From NCBI GenBank assembly GCA_965215505.1, contig OZ244065.1, positions 1,632,001-1,696,000 on the forward strand: DNA of 64,000 bases, read 5' to 3'. The translations under genes were made by a program, and so were the position numbers. The DNA is from Capsulimonadaceae bacterium (GTDB lineage Bacteria; Armatimonadota; Armatimonadia; Armatimonadales; Capsulimonadaceae). The stretch's first letter is position 1; each line of letters opens with the position of its first letter. Of this stretch, positions 30,206-40,736 are shown in pieces. Under the pieces are notes generated by a model, which worked only from the letters and a program-made list of their open reading frames with translations, ran no database searches and was not told the origin of the DNA.

Positions 30206-30230
30206 GTAGGGGCGAACCTTGTGTTCGCCC
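30206..30230 (+). repeat. GTAG-type REP
   Basis: GTAGGGGCGAACCTTGTGTTCGCCC, one mismatch to 26812-26836. Confidence 0.75.
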
Positions 30231-30322
30231 TTCCTCTCCGCCTCCGTCCTTCGCCCTGTCCCCAACCCCGGAGGGGTTTTCACTTAGGAGTAGACCGGCG
30301 TTTCAACGCCGGGGCATCCTGC

Positions 30323-31228
30323 CTACTGCCAGTTCCCGACGCCGACGCCGGGAGCGTTCGGCCCGCCCATGTTGCAGTAGTCGTTGGTGTCATTCGCCAT
30401 GCGCTGCTCTGGGTCAATGGACTTGGTCCAGGGGAGGGTGGAACAGATGGTCAGGTTGCCGTTCGGGTCCTTCACAGTGATGGCTTTGGCATGGCCGTCA
30501 CAGTAGGCGACGACGCATTTGCCACTGTAGAAGGGCGTCCCGCTCGTGTGCTGGCCCCAGCCGCCATAGGAGGTGCCCGCCACGAGGAACGTCTGATAGC
30601 CCGAGAGTGATTCCTCCAAGTGCCACTTGCTCCTAGGGGAAGTGCTGCCGGTCCAGTCAGGTGGGAGAGCAGCCCCGTTCGCTTTGTCCCAGCCGCCATG
30701 CCCTTCAATCAGCATCACGCAGTCCGAGGGCGAGTTGATTGAACCGATTGATGCAGCAGTCTGCAACTGGACCTGATTGGTCACATCGGCGAAACCGGCC
30801 GCCGTCGTGCTCATATGGTGGCTCAGGATGTCGTTCATCAGCAGGCTGCAATTGCCATTGTCTGGGTTGAAGTCATTGCCGGTGGCGGAAGTCGCGTTGC
30901 CCGCAGTGCTAGAGTCGCTGAGTGAGAGGAAGATGCCGGCGCTTTTGTGGAAGGGTGCGGTGGCGTCCTGCCATTCACCAACGCCATTGGTATTGCCTGG
31001 CTTATCGCCCCAGCCGCACCGGGGCAGCTTCTCGTCCGCATCCTGCACATACTGCATGATCGCGATGCCTTCCTGCTTGGCGTTGCTAACTCCTTGAGTT
31101 CGCCGAGCGTTCTCACGAACTTTGGCGAATACGGGGAAGAGAATAGCCGCCAATATCGCTATTATAGCGATGACGACAAGAAGTTCGATGAGCGTGAAGC
31201 CGCTCCGATTTTGTCCTGTCTGTTTCAT
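30323..31228 (-). CDS. DUF1559 prepilin-type N-methylation domain protein
   Basis: [50 protein letters not shown]. Confidence 0.93.
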   Translation of the reverse strand: MKQTGQNRSGFTLIELLVVIAIIAILAAILFPVFAKVRENARRTQGVSNAKQEGIAIMQYVQDADEKLPRCGWGDKPGNTNGVGEWQDATAPFHKSAGIFLSLSDSSTAGNATSATGNDFNPDNGNCSLLMNDILSHHMSTTAAGFADVTNQVQLQTAASIGSINSPSDCVMLIEGHGGWDKANGAALPPDWTGSTSPRSKWHLEESLSGYQTFLVAGTSYGGWGQHTSGTPFYSGKCVVAYCDGHAKAITVKDPNGNLTICSTLPWTKSIDPEQRMANDTNDYCNMGGPNAPGVGVGNWQ

Positions 31229-31237
31229 CTTTGTCTC

Positions 31238-31540
31238 CTAGTTCTTGATGCCATCGAATGCGGCCTTGCTGTGTCCGCCGGTCATCTGATTGGCCTTCTG
31301 GATTTCCTCATCGGTCAGCTTGCTGTAGTCGCCGTGCGTCCGGTCGTACAGCCCTTCGATGTAGTCGTGGTTGGTCTTCGCCACGCCGGTCGGTGGGAGG
31401 ATCGGCGGTGGGCTGAAGCTCTTCTGGTAAAGCCAGCCCATGAAAAAGAGCAGGAGGACACCGGCCACGATGATGAGCGGTAGGCCAACGTTTCTCTTCT
31501 CTTTCTGCTCGGGCTTCTTGGTGCCGGGATGGATAGCCAT
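31238..31540 (-). CDS. Small single-TM protein upstream of the DUF1559 gene
   Basis: AAAGGA RBS, one TM, 9-bp gap to the next gene. Confidence 0.7.
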   Translation of the reverse strand: MAIHPGTKKPEQKEKRNVGLPLIIVAGVLLLFFMGWLYQKSFSPPPILPPTGVAKTNHDYIEGLYDRTHGDYSKLTDEEIQKANQMTGGHSKAAFDGIKN

Positions 31541-31673
31541 TGATTCGTTGTTTCCTTTCTGCATCTGAAGTCCGCGATTGTAGCGACTACTATGAGTCGA
31601 CTGTGGCTAGGCCGCAGGACAGACCAAAATGGTCTGTCCTGCGTTCCAGCAAGAGGTCTTGCCTTCGTGCTGG

Positions 31674-32165
31674 CTACGGCACTACCATGGTCTGTGTTGC
31701 GTACCAGTTCACTTTGTCCCAATTAGAACTATTGGCACCATCGTAGTAGTTGATTGTGCCATTCCCTGTGAATGTCACAAAACGATTTCCCGTCGTCAGT
31801 GGGTACGCTCAGGCGACCGTTATGATGGTCGGATTGTTTGGGTCATTCGAGAGTACAGGCGCATAGACCTCAAGCGCCGGTTTGTTGTGATTGTTGACGT
31901 TATCGACATAGAGCTGAACATGGATTGTTATGTTCGCAGCCTTGGGAAAGGTGGTCCAGTATCCGCCAGTCATCGTTGCGATGGCAGCCGGATTGCCATT
32001 GGCGTCCGTGCCGGGCGACAGGACAACAAGTATGTCCTTGCCGTTGACGGTCCAGGGGGACTGGGCATTCACAGGAGGTGCTATGAGCCACAGCAGTAGC
32101 AGAGATGCGAGTGCTATTGCTAGCACGAGTGAGCGAACGCAGAGCGGTTGTCGGATCGTCTTCAT
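31674..32165 (-). pseudogene. Secreted hypothetical protein apparently interrupted by an in-frame TGA at 31809-31811
   Basis: GAGGAG RBS and signal peptide; after the TGA the frame stays open for 44 codons of similar composition (AYPLTTGNRFVTFTGNGTINYYDG...). Confidence 0.5.
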
Positions 32166-32336
32166 TGTCGAGTCTCCTCGTAAAGAACTTACCGGATAGT
32201 TGTCAGCATCCTGCTGGCCTAGGAAGCACCTTCCCCATTGTGGTCTTTCACTTAGTAGGCGATGTCTCGGCTTCGCGTACTCCTCCTTCTGGCTAAGTAG
32301 TTTGCAATGATAGCGAAAAGATGTGCATACGCTTGG

Positions 32337-33392
32337 CTAGGCGGTGTCGCCCACGACCAGCTCCACCGGCAGAGCCGTCTCGGCGGGGAGCGTTTCGCCC
32401 TCGATCCGGCGCACCAGCAGTTCCACCGCCGTGCGGGCGACCTGCATCCAGGGCGAGCGGACCGTCGTCAAGCGCGGGCCGAACGTGGGCGGCGGGGTGA
32501 CCCCGTCGAAGCCGGTCACCGCCAGGTCTTCGGGGACGCGCAGCCCGAGGCTCCGGCAGTGCCCCAGCAGGTCGTCCGCCGCCGCGTCGTTCCAGCAGAC
32601 GGCGGCGGTGGGGCGCTGGTCGCGCGGCGTCTCCGTCCACAGCATCTCCGGCGGCGTCAAGTGGTCCAAAGTGTTCAGGGCGACGCTCTCGACCGCCTCC
32701 AGACCTAGAGCGTATACGGTTTCACGGAACGAGAGCAGCCGGCGGAGAGCGGAGACGCGCGGGTAGTTACAGTCGCGGTAGAAGAGCGAGCGGTGGCCCT
32801 TCCCGGCCAGGAACCCGACGATCTGACGCATCCCGGAGGCATCGTCGGCGACCACGGAGGGCACTCCGGGGACGGCGTCCACGATGGCGACGGCGGGCAG
32901 GGCGGAGGCGGTCAGGAGCGGGACCAGCGGGTCGTCGCTGTTGGTCAGCAGGACCAGCCCGTCCACCCGCCCGTCGGCAAGCTCCGACAGTATCCGCTCC
33001 GGCGAGTGCCCGTGGAACGCCCCGTGCAGGAGCAGATCCTTCTGGTGGGTGTCGCACCCCTCCTGCAATCCGCCCAGCAGCTCGGTCAGGAAGTAGCTGC
33101 GCCCGTTCAGATAGCCGTACCGCGTGTAGACGCCGAGGATGTCGGTCCGCCGGCGGCGCAGGTTCCGTGCGGCGATGTTGGGCCGGTAGTCCACCTGTTT
33201 CACCACATCCAGCACCCGCTGCCGGGTCGCCTCCGACACGCGCACGGTCTTGGAGTTCCCACTGAGGACGGCGGAAACCGTCATTTTGCTGACGCCGGCC
33301 CGCTCGGCGATGTCCTTGATTGTCGGCCGATATTGTTTCTCTACTGCCCGCCCCTTTTCCGATTTACCGTTAAACCTAGTACATCGTAACAC
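32337..33392 (-). CDS. LacI-family transcriptional regulator
   Basis: TIKDIAERAGVSKMTVSAVL, YRPNIAARNL, VPEDLAVTGFD; start uncertain. Confidence 0.95.
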   Translation of the reverse strand: MLRCTRFNGKSEKGRAVEKQYRPTIKDIAERAGVSKMTVSAVLSGNSKTVRVSEATRQRVLDVVKQVDYRPNIAARNLRRRRTDILGVYTRYGYLNGRSYFLTELLGGLQEGCDTHQKDLLLHGAFHGHSPERILSELADGRVDGLVLLTNSDDPLVPLLTASALPAVAIVDAVPGVPSVVADDASGMRQIVGFLAGKGHRSLFYRDCNYPRVSALRRLLSFRETVYALGLEAVESVALNTLDHLTPPEMLWTETPRDQRPTAAVCWNDAAADDLLGHCRSLGLRVPEDLAVTGFDGVTPPPTFGPRLTTVRSPWMQVARTAVELLVRRIEGETLPAETALPVELVVGDTA

Positions 33393-33527
33393 AGCACTTC
33401 AAATATGTCAAGTGTAATCAAAAATATATTTTATTCGGTAAATCACGCACAAGGGCTGCGGCGGGGCGGAGTGCAAGCCGGGGTATAATCTAAAATCATT
33501 CCCGGACGCTCGTAACGGAGGCGGCAC

Positions 33528-34482
33528 TTGAACCCAAACGGACACACGGGCCGGTGGCGGCACTTGCCTGTGTTGGTGGGTGTCCTCGGCACATCGGCCC
33601 TGACGCCTTGGCTGCCGGCGCACGCGGCTAGTTCACCGGCAAGACTACAGGCGAAAATGGCGGACATCGTGCGCGTCACGGGCGGTCCGGTGGGAGCCGC
33701 CGTAGTGGTCGTGGAAGGGGGCCACGTCGTCGCCCTGCACGGCGAGCAGAGGTTTCCCATGCAGAGCGTCTACAAACTGCCCATCGCCATGGCCGTGCTG
33801 CATCAGGTTGATCTGGGGAGACTGCGGCTGGGCCAAAGGGTGAAGATCGGGCGGGGCGATCTGGTCCCGCCCTCGCGGGGCAGTGCGATTCGGGACAAGT
33901 ACCCAAACGGTACGAAAATGACGGTTTCGGAACTGCTGGGTGCGATGCTGGAAGTCAGCGACGGCACAGCCTCGGACGTCCTCCTGGAGATAGTCGGCGG
34001 CCCGGAGCGGGTGACGGCGTATGTGCGCGGCCTGGGGGTGAGGGGCGTTGCCGTCGCGACGACGGAGGGGGCAATGGCGGGGGGCGAGCAGATACAATAC
34101 CGGGACTGGGGGACGCCGGGCGCGCTGGCGGGCCTGCTGTGCGCCCTGCAAAAGGGGGAAGGGTTTGTCGGGGTCCAGCCGCCGTTTGCTGCTGGGCCTG
34201 ATGGCCGCAAGCAGGACAGGGCCGGACCGGATCAAAGGGCTGCTCCCGGTGGGGACCATCGTCGCGCATAAGACCGGGTCGAGCGGGACCGTGAACGGCC
34301 TAACGCGGGCGACGAATGACGCGGGGTTGATAACGCTCCCGGACGGCAAGCACCTCGCAATAGTCGTGTTCGTGTCGGACACGCGGGCGGATGAGGAGAT
34401 ACGAGACGCGGTGATCGCGAAGATCGCGCGGGCAGCCTGGGACGACCGGGCGGGGCTGGAAGGCCGCCGTAAAGACCATTAA
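33528..34482 (+). pseudogene. Class A beta-lactamase split by a single-base frameshift near 34150-34166
   Basis: First frame: FPMQSVYK (SxxK) and SDG; second frame: RIKGLLP..VAHKTG..TNDAGLITLPDG; junction at AAAAGGGGGAAGGGTTT. Confidence 0.85.
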
Positions 34483-34509
34483 AAACAACCGCCGATCAAT
34501 CGCGCTTCA

Positions 34510-35550
34510 TCACCGCTCGCGCGTCAGCGCATAGTCGGCCAGCGCGTGCAGTGCCTCACGGTAGGGGGAGGCGGGGATGGCCTGGAGCGCGCCTTGGGCG
34601 AGCGCGACGTAGCGGCGGGCGGCATCCGCCGTGCGGGCGTAGCCGTCGTGGCGGGCGATGGCATCACGGACGTTCGCGATCTCCGCATCCGTCAGCGCCT
34701 CCGGCTCCTGCAAGATGTGCAGCAGGTCGCGGCGCTCGGCCTCACCCACGTCGAGCAGGGTCAGGATGAGCGGCAGGGTCATCTTGCCTTCCCGCAGGTC
34801 GCCGCACAACGGCTTACCGGTCTTGACCGGGTCGCCGGTGTAGTCCAGGAGGTCATCGGCGATCTGGAAGGCCAGACCGCAGTTCAGGCCGTAACTCGTC
34901 AGTGCGGCCAGCGCCTCGGGGGTGGCCCCGGCCAGCATGCCTCCGACCTCGCAGCAGCCGGCGATGAAGCCTGCCGTCTTCTTGTGGATGATCGTCAGGT
35001 AGGTTTCTTCCGAGGTGTCCACGTCGCCTTTGGCCGTGATCTGCAAGACCTCGCCTTCGCTCAGGCCGACGGTGACTTTGGAGAAGACACAGATGACGTC
35101 AATGTTGCCCTCACGGGCGGCGAGGTTGATGCTCTTGGCGAGCAGATAGTCGCCGACCAGGACGCTGATCTGGTTGCCGAACGCGGCGTTGGCCGTGGGC
35201 CGTCCCCGCCTCTCGGCGGCCCCGTCCACCACGTCATCGTGAATCAGGGAGGCCATGTGGATCAGCTCGGCGGCGGCGGCGGAGGCGTAGATGGTCCGGG
35301 CCGGGAACTGCCCGGCGGCGGCGCGGGCCGCCAATGTCACGAGAGCGGGGCGCAGGCGCTTCCCGCCCGCCGAGAGCGTGTGGCCGGAGATGGCATAGGC
35401 CGCCCGGACATCCGAGCGGATCTCGTCGCCGAGCAGCGCCTCCACGGCCGTCAGGTCGTCCTGAACGCAGTCCAGGAAGTTGACCCGCCCGGCGGGGGCC
35501 GGGGCGGGAGAAACGGTCGCCTCAGAAAGAACGGTCGCGGTGGCTCCCAT
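34510..35550 (-). CDS. Polyprenyl diphosphate synthase (HepT/IspB-like)
   Basis: GGKRLRP, IHDDVVD...RRG, FQIADDLLD. Confidence 0.95.
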   Translation of the reverse strand: MGATATVLSEATVSPAPAPAGRVNFLDCVQDDLTAVEALLGDEIRSDVRAAYAISGHTLSAGGKRLRPALVTLAARAAAGQFPARTIYASAAAAELIHMASLIHDDVVDGAAERRGRPTANAAFGNQISVLVGDYLLAKSINLAAREGNIDVICVFSKVTVGLSEGEVLQITAKGDVDTSEETYLTIIHKKTAGFIAGCCEVGGMLAGATPEALAALTSYGLNCGLAFQIADDLLDYTGDPVKTGKPLCGDLREGKMTLPLILTLLDVGEAERRDLLHILQEPEALTDAEIANVRDAIARHDGYARTADAARRYVALAQGALQAIPASPYREALHALADYALTRER

Positions 35551-35595
35551 GCTGTTTATTCCCATCTAGTAATCGGCAAGAGGCTTACGAGAATC

Positions 35596-36354
35596 TTACG
35601 AAAGAGGCTTGACGCCAACATGGACGCAGACAAGCCCGAAGGTGAGGTCCACCCAGCGCACCTCGGCCAGCCCCGCGCGACGCATCCGGTCGGCGAGCTG
35701 ACGCCGGGTGTCGAAGAGCGCCACCGAGGCGGGCAGGTAGGCGTAGGCGTCGGGCCGCCCGCTGACCTTGCCGCCGACGGCGGGCATGACATAGCGCGAG
35801 TGCAGCTCATAGGCCGTGCGGAACGGGCCGGGCGGCGGCTGCGAAAACTCCAAGCAGACCACGCGCCCGCCGGGCCTGACGACGCGGGCCATCTCGGCAA
35901 AGCCCTTGTCCCGGTCCGCGACGTTGCGGATGCCAAAGGCGACCGTAGCCGCGTCAAAGCTGTCGTCGGCGAACGGCAGTCGGGCCGCGTCCCCCTGAAC
36001 CTCCCCCACCCCGTTTTTGGCGAACCGCTCGGCCCCGTTTTGCAGCATCGGCAGCGAGAAGTCCGCCGCCGCCACCAGCCCGGCCGGCCCCACCGCCTGA
36101 CGCAGACGGACCGCCCAGTCGCCCGTCCCGGAGCAGACGTCCAGCACACTGCCGCCGGCGTTCAGGGCGGCGCAACGGGTCGCGAAGACGCGCCAGCCGT
36201 GGTGGATTCCCGCCGACAGGAGCGAGTTCAGCAGGTCATAGCGCGGCGCGATGTCGTCGAACATCGCGCGCACATAGCGCGCCTTCTCTTCGTCCGTCAC
36301 GGGCCGGTCAAGGACGAGAATGCCGCTCGGCGGCTTGGTGGCTGGGACAGACAT
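35596..36354 (-). CDS. menG: Demethylmenaquinone methyltransferase (MenG/UbiE)
   Basis: MFDDIAPRYDLLN, LDVCSGTGD, FGIRNV, AYAYLPASV. Confidence 0.9.
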   Translation of the reverse strand: MSVPATKPPSGILVLDRPVTDEEKARYVRAMFDDIAPRYDLLNSLLSAGIHHGWRVFATRCAALNAGGSVLDVCSGTGDWAVRLRQAVGPAGLVAAADFSLPMLQNGAERFAKNGVGEVQGDAARLPFADDSFDAATVAFGIRNVADRDKGFAEMARVVRPGGRVVCLEFSQPPPGPFRTAYELHSRYVMPAVGGKVSGRPDAYAYLPASVALFDTRRQLADRMRRAGLAEVRWVDLTFGLVCVHVGVKPLS

Positions 36355-36504
36355 TGTGAAAAAATCCGCAAACTTTGGTAGGATTATACCCACCAAGCGG
36401 CTAAGTGTCAACGCGGCGACGGAAAATCGCTGAAACCTAGTAAGCGTAACGGAGTCTGATAGGATGAAGACGAGGCGACGAGGATCAAGACGAGGATCAA
36501 CACG

Positions 36505-37041
36505 ATGAACATAACCATGCACGCCACGACCATCGTCGGCGTCAAGAGGGACGGCAAGGTCGCCATTGCGGGCGACGGGCAGGTGACTCTGGACAAGACC
36601 GTGATGAAGAACACGGCGAAGAAGATACGGAGGCTGTACCAGGGCAAGGTGCTGGCCGGTTTCGCGGGCAGCGCCGCCGATGCCATGGCGCTTGCGGACC
36701 GTTTCGAGGCCAAGCTGGAGGCGGCCAACGGCAACTTGCAGCGGGCGGTGATCGACTTCGCCAAAGAATGGCGCTCGGACCGCGTCCTGCGCCGCTTCGA
36801 GGCGCTGATGATCGTCGCCAACCCCGAGTACCTGCTGGTCGTCTCGGGCGACGGCAATGTACTGGAAACCGACGACGGCATCGCGGCCATCGGCAGCGGC
36901 GGCCCCTACGCGCAGGCGGCGGCGAAGGCTCTGGTGGAGAACACGGACCTGTCGGCGCGGGAGATCGCCGAGAAGGCGCTACGCGTCGCCGCCGACATCT
37001 GCATTTACACCAATTCCAACATCACAGTGGACGAACTATGA
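36505..37041 (+). CDS. hslV: HslUV protease peptidase subunit
   Basis: [31 protein letters not shown]. Confidence 0.97.
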   Translation: MNITMHATTIVGVKRDGKVAIAGDGQVTLDKTVMKNTAKKIRRLYQGKVLAGFAGSAADAMALADRFEAKLEAANGNLQRAVIDFAKEWRSDRVLRRFEALMIVANPEYLLVVSGDGNVLETDDGIAAIGSGGPYAQAAAKALVENTDLSAREIAEKALRVAADICIYTNSNITVDEL

Positions 37042-37844
37042 AAGCCATTCTCACCCACACAGCCTGTCTCCTGCTCGGGCTGGCACCGCTGGCGGCGCGC
37101 GCCCAGAACATGCCCGCCGTCCCGCTGGCGCAGGCGCGGGCCTTCGCGCTCGGCTACACGCTGCGCGCCTGCGACCTGCGCGCGATCGCGTTCACAAGCT
37201 CCGTCAAGGGCCTCAAAACCATAGACGACGACCAAACGGCGGGTGAGGTCGCCCGGCTGGAACGGGAGGCCACCGCCCTGCGGCACACGCAGGCGGTCTC
37301 CTATGGGCAGATCAACGGCCTCCTGACGAAGATGAGCGCACCCGCCCCGCTGCGCGCCTGGGCGTCCAAGGCGGCCACCGGCCTCGCGGGGCCGCCGGTC
37401 TATGGGGCGGAGGAGCAGGCGCTGGCGAAGAGCGACCCGAACACGGCGGCCGTGCTGGCCGCCCTTGACGAAGTCTCCGCGCTGAAGACGGAGTCCGACG
37501 CCGAGCTGCCCCTCCTGGCTGCCTGGCTCGGCACCGGCGGCGGCCCTCTTTCGGTCTGGACCGCAGAGGTCGGCACCTACACCGCCGACCTGCGCGCGGC
37601 GGCCACGACGCCCGCCCAGGCCGTCCCGCCCCTGCGTGCCGCCCGCCGCCTGCTCCAGACCGCGCCGCCGGGGGCACCATCCCTGACGCGCGCGTACTTG
37701 GCGGCGATGGCCCCGCGCGGCGGCAACCTGGGCGACCTGGCGACGGTCACTCCTCAGCCCATCTCGCCCGAAAAGATGGCCGGCGTTGCCGAGGGCCTGC
37801 TGGCGGTCTACGTCCCGCGCCCATCATCCAGCACGGCCAAGTGA
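37038..37844 (+). CDS. Secreted Ala-rich hypothetical protein
   Basis: Signal peptide MKAILTH...ARA; ATGA overlap with the hslV stop. Confidence 0.7.
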   Translation: MKAILTHTACLLLGLAPLAARAQNMPAVPLAQARAFALGYTLRACDLRAIAFTSSVKGLKTIDDDQTAGEVARLEREATALRHTQAVSYGQINGLLTKMSAPAPLRAWASKAATGLAGPPVYGAEEQALAKSDPNTAAVLAALDEVSALKTESDAELPLLAAWLGTGGGPLSVWTAEVGTYTADLRAAATTPAQAVPPLRAARRLLQTAPPGAPSLTRAYLAAMAPRGGNLGDLATVTPQPISPEKMAGVAEGLLAVYVPRPSSSTAK

Positions 37845-37894
37845 GCTGGGTGCGGTTAAATGGGCCGGACGGAGGATAGGGGTATACTAGCCGC

Positions 37895-39382
37895 ATGGAA
37901 GACATGATGGAAGACATGACGCCGCGCGAGATCGTGGCCGAGCTGGACAAGTATATCGTCGGGCAGCAGGCCGCCAAGCGCGCCGTCGCCATCGCGCTCC
38001 GCAACCGCTACCGGCGTCGGCGTCTGGCAGACGACCTGCGCGACGAGGTCATCCCCAAGAACATCCTGATGATCGGACCGACCGGGGTGGGCAAAACGGA
38101 GATCGCCCGCCGACTCGCGACCCTGGCCCGCGCGCCGTTCGTCAAAGTGGAGGCGACCAAGTTCACCGAGGTCGGCTACGTCGGGCGGGACGTGGATTCG
38201 ATGGTGCGCGACTTGGTCCAGGCCGCGCTCCGAATCGTCGAGGGCGAGAAGATGGCCGAGGTGCGCGAGAAGGCCGAGGAGCAGGCGGTAGACCGCATCG
38301 TGGACCTGTTGCAGCCGCGCCGCGAAGTCAAGACGGCGCGGATACGGCTCCCTAAGCCCGGCAGCGGCGAGAACCCCCTGGAGGCGCTGTCGCAGTTCTT
38401 CGGGCAGAGCGCCCCCCCGGCCGCCGCGCCGGAGAAGGAAGCGGCGGAAGAGGAGACGGACGAATACGCCCAGCGGCGGCGGGAGCAGGAAGGCCGCGTC
38501 CGCGAGCGCCTGCGGGCGCAGATCGCCTCGGGCGTCAAGGACGGCGACCCGCTGGAGATCGAGGTGGAGGAGAGCGGCCCGACGCCGTTTATGCAGGTGA
38601 TGTCGCCGCAGGGCGGCATGGAAGAGATGGGCATGGACATGCAGGGGCTGTTCGGCTCCATGATGCCCAAGAAGCGCAAGAAGCGGACGCTGACGATCAA
38701 AGAGGCGCGTGAACACTTCGCGGGCGAAGAGGTGCGGGCCTTGATCGACCAGGACGCCCTGACGCGCGAGGCGGTGACGCGGGCGGAACAGAGCGGCATC
38801 ATCTTCGTGGACGAGATGGACAAGATCGCCGGGCGCGGCGCGGGCGGCGGGTCCGGGCCGGACGTCTCGCGCGAGGGGGTGCAGCGGGACATCCTGCCGA
38901 TCATCGAGGGCAGCACGGTCCAGACCAAGTACGGACCGGTCAAGACCGACTTCGTGCTGTTTATCGCGGCGGGCGCGTTCCACCTGTCCAAGCCCTCCGA
39001 TCTGATCCCCGAGCTTCAGGGCCGCCTGCCGATCCGGGTGGAGTTGGAGAGTCTGACCCAGGACGACTTCAAGCGCATCCTGACCGAGCCGCGCAACGCC
39101 CTGATCAAGCAGTACGTCGCCCTGCTCGCCACCGAGGGCGTCACGGTCGAGTTCACCGACGACTCCATCGCCGAACTCGCCCGCGTCGCCGCCGACGTCA
39201 ACGCGCAGATGGAGAACATCGGCGCGCGCCGCCTGCACACGATCATGGAGCGGCTGCTGGACGACCTCTCGTTCGACGCGCCCGACCTGGAAGACAAGAC
39301 CCGGAAGATTGATGCCGCCTATGTGCGCGAGAAGCTGGACGACATCGTCAAGGACGAAGACCTGAGCCGGTATATCCTTTAA
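37895..39382 (+). CDS. hslU: HslUV protease ATPase subunit
   Basis: [55 protein letters not shown]. Confidence 0.98.
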   Translation: MEDMMEDMTPREIVAELDKYIVGQQAAKRAVAIALRNRYRRRRLADDLRDEVIPKNILMIGPTGVGKTEIARRLATLARAPFVKVEATKFTEVGYVGRDVDSMVRDLVQAALRIVEGEKMAEVREKAEEQAVDRIVDLLQPRREVKTARIRLPKPGSGENPLEALSQFFGQSAPPAAAPEKEAAEEETDEYAQRRREQEGRVRERLRAQIASGVKDGDPLEIEVEESGPTPFMQVMSPQGGMEEMGMDMQGLFGSMMPKKRKKRTLTIKEAREHFAGEEVRALIDQDALTREAVTRAEQSGIIFVDEMDKIAGRGAGGGSGPDVSREGVQRDILPIIEGSTVQTKYGPVKTDFVLFIAAGAFHLSKPSDLIPELQGRLPIRVELESLTQDDFKRILTEPRNALIKQYVALLATEGVTVEFTDDSIAELARVAADVNAQMENIGARRLHTIMERLLDDLSFDAPDLEDKTRKIDAAYVREKLDDIVKDEDLSRYIL

Positions 39383-39489
39383 GGGCGGCGGATTGTGCCG
39401 GTAAGGGCGGCGGATTGTGCCGGCTGCCGGACCCGCCCTGGTGGCAGTTGGTATGGGACGAAGCATCAACAATCGGGTATCATATACCC

Positions 39490-40176
39490 ATGATAACGGT
39501 GCGGATGCTGTTTTTTGCCCATTTGCAAGACGTAGCGGGGACACGCGAGTTCTCCCTGTCACTGCCGGACGATGCGACGGTGCAGGCGGCGGCGGCGGCA
39601 CTCGAGGGGCATTCAGCGGGCTTCCAAGACCTGCTCCGTCATGCCCGCGTGGCAGTCAACGCCGAGTTCGCCGATGCCGACACGCTACTACATGAAAACG
39701 ATGAAGTCGCCTGGATGCCGCCGATGAGCGGAGGGGCAGGCCCGCCGCTGCTGACGCACGGCACGGTTGACATGGACGGCCTGAGCCGGGCGGTGGAAGC
39801 CTCAGGCTACGGAGCGGTGGTGACGTTCGCGGGCAACGTCCGGGACAACGCGCGCGGCCTGCAAGTGCTTTATCTGGAGTATGAAGGCTACGAGCTGCTG
39901 GCCGAGAAACACCTGGCCCGGCTCGTCGCCCAGGCCGAAGGGCGCTGGGGCGTGAAGTGCGCCGTGCAGCACCGGCTGGGGCGGCTGGAGATCGGCGAGT
40001 GCAGCGTCGGCGTGGCCGTCGCCTCCCCGCACCGGGCGGAGGCGTTCGAGGCCTGCCGCTGGCTGATGGACACCCTGAAAGAGACCGTCCCGATCTGGAA
40101 GCGCGAGTTCTTTGCGGGCGGCGCACACTGGGTGGAAGGGCCGAAGACCGTCGCGAGTGAAACGCCGCAAGGCTGA
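39490..40176 (+). CDS. MoaD-MoaE fusion (molybdopterin synthase, MoaX-like)
   Basis: ThiS/MoaD domain ending PPMSGG fused to GAVVTFAGNVR, HRLG, SPHR, PIWKRE. Confidence 0.92.
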   Translation: MITVRMLFFAHLQDVAGTREFSLSLPDDATVQAAAAALEGHSAGFQDLLRHARVAVNAEFADADTLLHENDEVAWMPPMSGGAGPPLLTHGTVDMDGLSRAVEASGYGAVVTFAGNVRDNARGLQVLYLEYEGYELLAEKHLARLVAQAEGRWGVKCAVQHRLGRLEIGECSVGVAVASPHRAEAFEACRWLMDTLKETVPIWKREFFAGGAHWVEGPKTVASETPQG

Positions 40177-40193
40177 ATTAGAAACCACGTCTC

Positions 40194-40736
40194 ATGATCG
40201 AAATGCCGCAGATAGTTGAAACGCCGCGCCCCCCCGCCGTCATCCTCCGCCCGATGCGCCTCGAAGACATTGAGCACGTCTCCCGCCTAGAGCGCCGCTG
40301 CTATACCCTGCCGTGGAGTTCCAGCGCCTACGTCACCGAGGTCGGCAACCCCTCCGCCTACTACACCGTCGCCACCGAGCAGGATAACACCATACTCGGC
40401 TATGCGGGCATGTGGGTCATCATGGACGAGCTGCACATCACGACCATCGCCGTGGACCCGGTCCAGCGCGGGCGCAAGATCGGCGAGCGCCTGCTGCTGG
40501 ACTTGATCGAGGAGGGCACGGCGCGCGGCGCGGAGCGGGCGACACTGGAGGTGCGCGAGCGGAACACGGTCGCCCACAACCTGTACCTCAAGTACGGCTT
40601 TGAAGACGTGGCCGTCCGCAAGAGCTACTACAGCGACAACGGCGAGAACGCCTTGATCATGTGGGCCAACGACCTGATTCTCCCGGCCTATCAGTCCATG
40701 CTGCGCGACTACAAGGCGCGGCTGGCGGAGGGTTGA
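40194..40736 (+). CDS. rimI: Ribosomal-protein N-acetyltransferase
   Basis: GYAGMW..DELHITTIAV, TLEVR, RKSYY..ENA. Confidence 0.9.
   Translation: MIEMPQIVETPRPPAVILRPMRLEDIEHVSRLERRCYTLPWSSSAYVTEVGNPSAYYTVATEQDNTILGYAGMWVIMDELHITTIAVDPVQRGRKIGERLLLDLIEEGTARGAERATLEVRERNTVAHNLYLKYGFEDVAVRKSYYSDNGENALIMWANDLILPAYQSMLRDYKARLAEG

Noticed and set aside
31809-31811. Selenocysteine or genome-wide TGA recoding
   Set aside because: TGA ends many conserved genes here (hslV, rimI, clpS), and no convincing SECIS or redox motif is seen.
39490-40176. MoaD-MoaE fusion as a novelty
   Set aside because: Known architecture (MoaX type).
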